From Ginkgo biloba (Eukaryota; Plantae; Ginkgophyta), in NCBI GenBank assembly GCA_024626585.2, contig JANKJI020000001.1, forward strand, positions 17,958,058-17,983,632: DNA of 25,575 bases. The letters run 5' to 3'. Every line of letters starts with the position of its first letter. Position 1 is the first letter of the stretch. The notes beneath the pieces are model-generated. The model made no database searches, was not told the origin of the DNA, and worked only from the letters and a program-made list of their open reading frames with translations. Positions 22,880 to 25,575 of the stretch are shown one piece after another. The position numbers and the translations under genes were made by a program.

Positions 22880-24240
22880 TAGTATAATTTCCTCTAATTA
22901 TTCTTTCAACTGAAGGGCTTCTTCTCTATTCCAAGAGTCTTCCCAAAACTTAACCTTCCCACCATCGTTGATTTTCCATGAAAGGGATGAGTCAATAAGA
23001 TGTTTGGATCTAAAAATATTTATCCATGTGCCTGTACATGTTGGGCATAAATATTTCTTTGATATCTCTTCTTGTGGATAATTTCCATATTATTTAGTAA
23101 GAAAAACCTATTTCTAGAGGACTAATGACCTAGAGATCATCTTCCAGTAGGTTTTTTCCCCTATAACCTTACTAATGAGTTGTAGCTTGAGAATTATCAA
23201 GCCACCTATTAATTTAGGAGTGTAAAATTTAGCCCACTTTACCAAATTGAGTTTTGTCTCCATTTTTACCCTTTCCATAAAAAATCTTTGAATAATTTTC
23301 TTATTTTATTCAATATTTTTGTTAGAGAAATGAAAATTGAGTAGGAGAAAATCAATAGAGAGGATAAAATAAATTTAATGAGTTACAACCTTCCTACTAG
23401 GGATAACCAATGATAATCCCATGATTCTAATTTTTTCTTCATTTTGTTTAAGATCCAATGCTAATCTAAAGATTTTAATCTATATGGATAAATGAAATAC
23501 CCCTAAATACTTCAAAGGGAATGCACCTTTTCCAAATCCCAAAGATTGATTGAGTTTATGGTGTAAGCGGTTAGATCCATTCACTAGAAAAAAATGAGAT
23601 TTAGAATTGATTATAGTATTCCCTGAGGCTCCAAGGAAGGATTTTAGTTCCTTTTCCATGATTTTAACTTCCCTTGGATTAATTCCATTCATGGTAATCA
23701 CATCATCAAAAAATTGGAGATGAGATAGATTTTTGAGCCCTAGCATGATTTGGGTACCTTTGATCATTCCTCTCTTTGTTAGTGCATTTAGAGCTTTGGA
23801 CAAAGTCTCCACAACTAATATGTATAGACTTGGCAATAAAGGACCATATTACCTTATCCCTCTCAAAGTTTTAAAAAAGGATCTTGGACTTTCACTGACC
23901 AAAATAGGCATTTTGAGTGTCTTGGCATATTGTTGCTACCCATTTGATAAAGGTCTCCAAAAATCTCTTCATCCTCAAAACAGATAAATATAGGGCCTTT
24001 GATGAAAATCAATTTCTCTGTAGAGATTTATTCCAAAAAAACCACTCGATTCCTATTTGCTATGGACTTGGCAATTGACATATATGAGACATTACCGAGA
24101 GCAATGGATCTCCACGATGCCATTGTGTCTCCAACTTTTCCTTTGGGAATTAAAACAATGAAGCTTGAGTTCATTGCTGGATAAGTAGAGTCATTCCGTA
24201 TCATAGTCACTAGTTGATCCCTTATCATATCACATTGCTC
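22880..24240 (-). mobile_element. L1-type LINE ORF2 fragment 2 (RT and C-terminal region)
   Basis: NSSFIVLIPK..WRSIALGNVSY, FIKWV, SHLQFFDD (FADD motif), FPLKYLGV, LVKW..PKLIGGL, INDGGKVKFWEDSW. Confidence 0.92.
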
Positions 24241-24388
24241 TTAATCATCGGGAACAAGAGAAGAATCTTTTTTCATCTGATGTAAAAANNNNNNNNNNNN
24301 NNNNNNNNNNNNNNNNNNNNNNNNNNNNNNNNNNNNNNNNNNNNNNNNNNNNNNNNNNNNNNNNNNNNNNNNNNNNNNNNNNNNNNNN

Positions 24389-25575
24389 AGGAAATACTAA
24401 TTGATATTATCATAATATTTAACCATGTCCAATTTGATGATCTTTATTACTTCGTTTCTCAATTTTACAGAGTGGATATCTTCTTGAAGAAGTAGGACAT
24501 TATTTATAATTTATTTTCCTAAGATGAAACCTCCCCACTCTTCCAAAATTAGGAAAGGGATAATTTTCTTCACTCTACATGTTATAATCTTGGAGAATAT
24601 TTTATAGTAGGAATTATACAGTGCTATTGGTTTGAATATAATGAGATAAATTAGATTAGTTTCTTTCAGAATAAGAGCTATAAAGGAATAATTCCAAGAA
24701 CCTAACATTAACCTTGCCACTCTAGATTCTTCCACTACTAACCAAAGATATTTTTTGATAACATCCTAGTATTCTTAGTAAAATTTTATGGGGAACCCAT
24801 ACAATCCTAGTGCCTTATTTTTGTTCATATTAAATACCAACTTTTCCACCTCCTAAAGGGAAATAGGTTTTAGGATATCTTCATTTTGGCACTCCATAAT
24901 AAAGGAGGGAATCTTGGTTAGCATAAGGTCTTGGTATTTTTCTCTATTTACATATGGTTCAGTGAGGAGAGAGGAAAATAATATGAGATCCAATTTTTTA
25001 TTTCTCTCATGACCTTAATGACTATCTTGATTATCATCCTTCATCTTAGAAATAAAGTTTTAGTTCCTTTTGGTTATGGCCATTTTGTGAAAAAATGCTG
25101 TATTCTTGTCTTCTTATTTTAGCCAAGATATCCTGGATTTCTATTTCTAATGCATTTGCTCCTGGAGGTACAAAGTCTCTAAGTTAGCTAGAATTTTTGA
25201 TTCCTTCTCATTAAAATATAGGGAGGGTTTTTCTATTTTGATTTCTTATAGATGATATAGGTAATTTTTGAAAGGAATTTTGGATAATAGGTTACCAAAT
25301 GTTTATTTGTTCCTCTTCTTCATAATTTGTTTAAACTTTTTTAAGGTCTGCATAAATTTTAACATTCCTTATCCTCTTACTTCCTTCCACTAGATCTTGA
25401 TGGATTCCTTATAACTTGGGTATGTAGTCCATATATTATCCCACTTAAAGGGATTCCTTCTAGGGGTATCATAGGGTTCCATAGTTAGCTATATTGGTTA
25501 GTGATTTGAATAGGATCCCGATAAGTTCCTTGCTTTTATAAAGAGATCAGGAGTGAGGAGGGAGGCACTAGAAAT
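24389..25575 (-). mobile_element. L1-type LINE ORF2 fragment 3 (endonuclease end to early RT)
   Basis: SNH*PI...PFKWDNIW, DKNTAFFH, KALGLYGFPIKFY, NYSFIALILK..FKPIALYNSYYKI, GGFILGK, IKLDMVKYYD. Covers the same RT segment as fragment 2, so it is a separate copy. Confidence 0.92.

Overview
AT-rich, gap-riddled (many N runs) land-plant nuclear DNA that reads as a graveyard of decayed retroelements. I found no intact protein-coding gene, RNA gene or CRISPR array. Supportable by conceptual translation through stops and frameshifts: several Ty3/gypsy remnants (CRM-like gag-protease element lacking RT/RH/INT, a separate CRM-like RT-RNase H fragment, a Tekay-like integrase C-terminus plus chromodomain, a Tat/Ogre-like gag, two further gag stubs with tRNA-iMet PBS), a Ty1/copia integrase-RT, an RNase HI-like relic, three co-oriented L1-type LINE ORF2 fragments, and a foldback inverted repeat. 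Most stops are TAA/TAG/TGA at expected Gln/Trp positions, consistent with methylation-driven C>T/G>A decay. Best second-look items: (1) an intronless, internally deleted clade-A PP2C (ABI1-like) host gene fragment at ~17818-18075, lying between copia-like pieces on the same strand; (2) a repeat-and-unique-spacer array of ACCGACATCGTC (DRE/CRT and TGTCGG AuxRE core) in the CRM-like LTR at ~4992-5440; (3) the pol-deleted CRM-like element itself. A non-flowering vascular plant (gymnosperm or fern) host is a guess only. I cannot support a claim of a wholly new biological system. Boundaries are approximate and adjacency across N gaps is uncertain.
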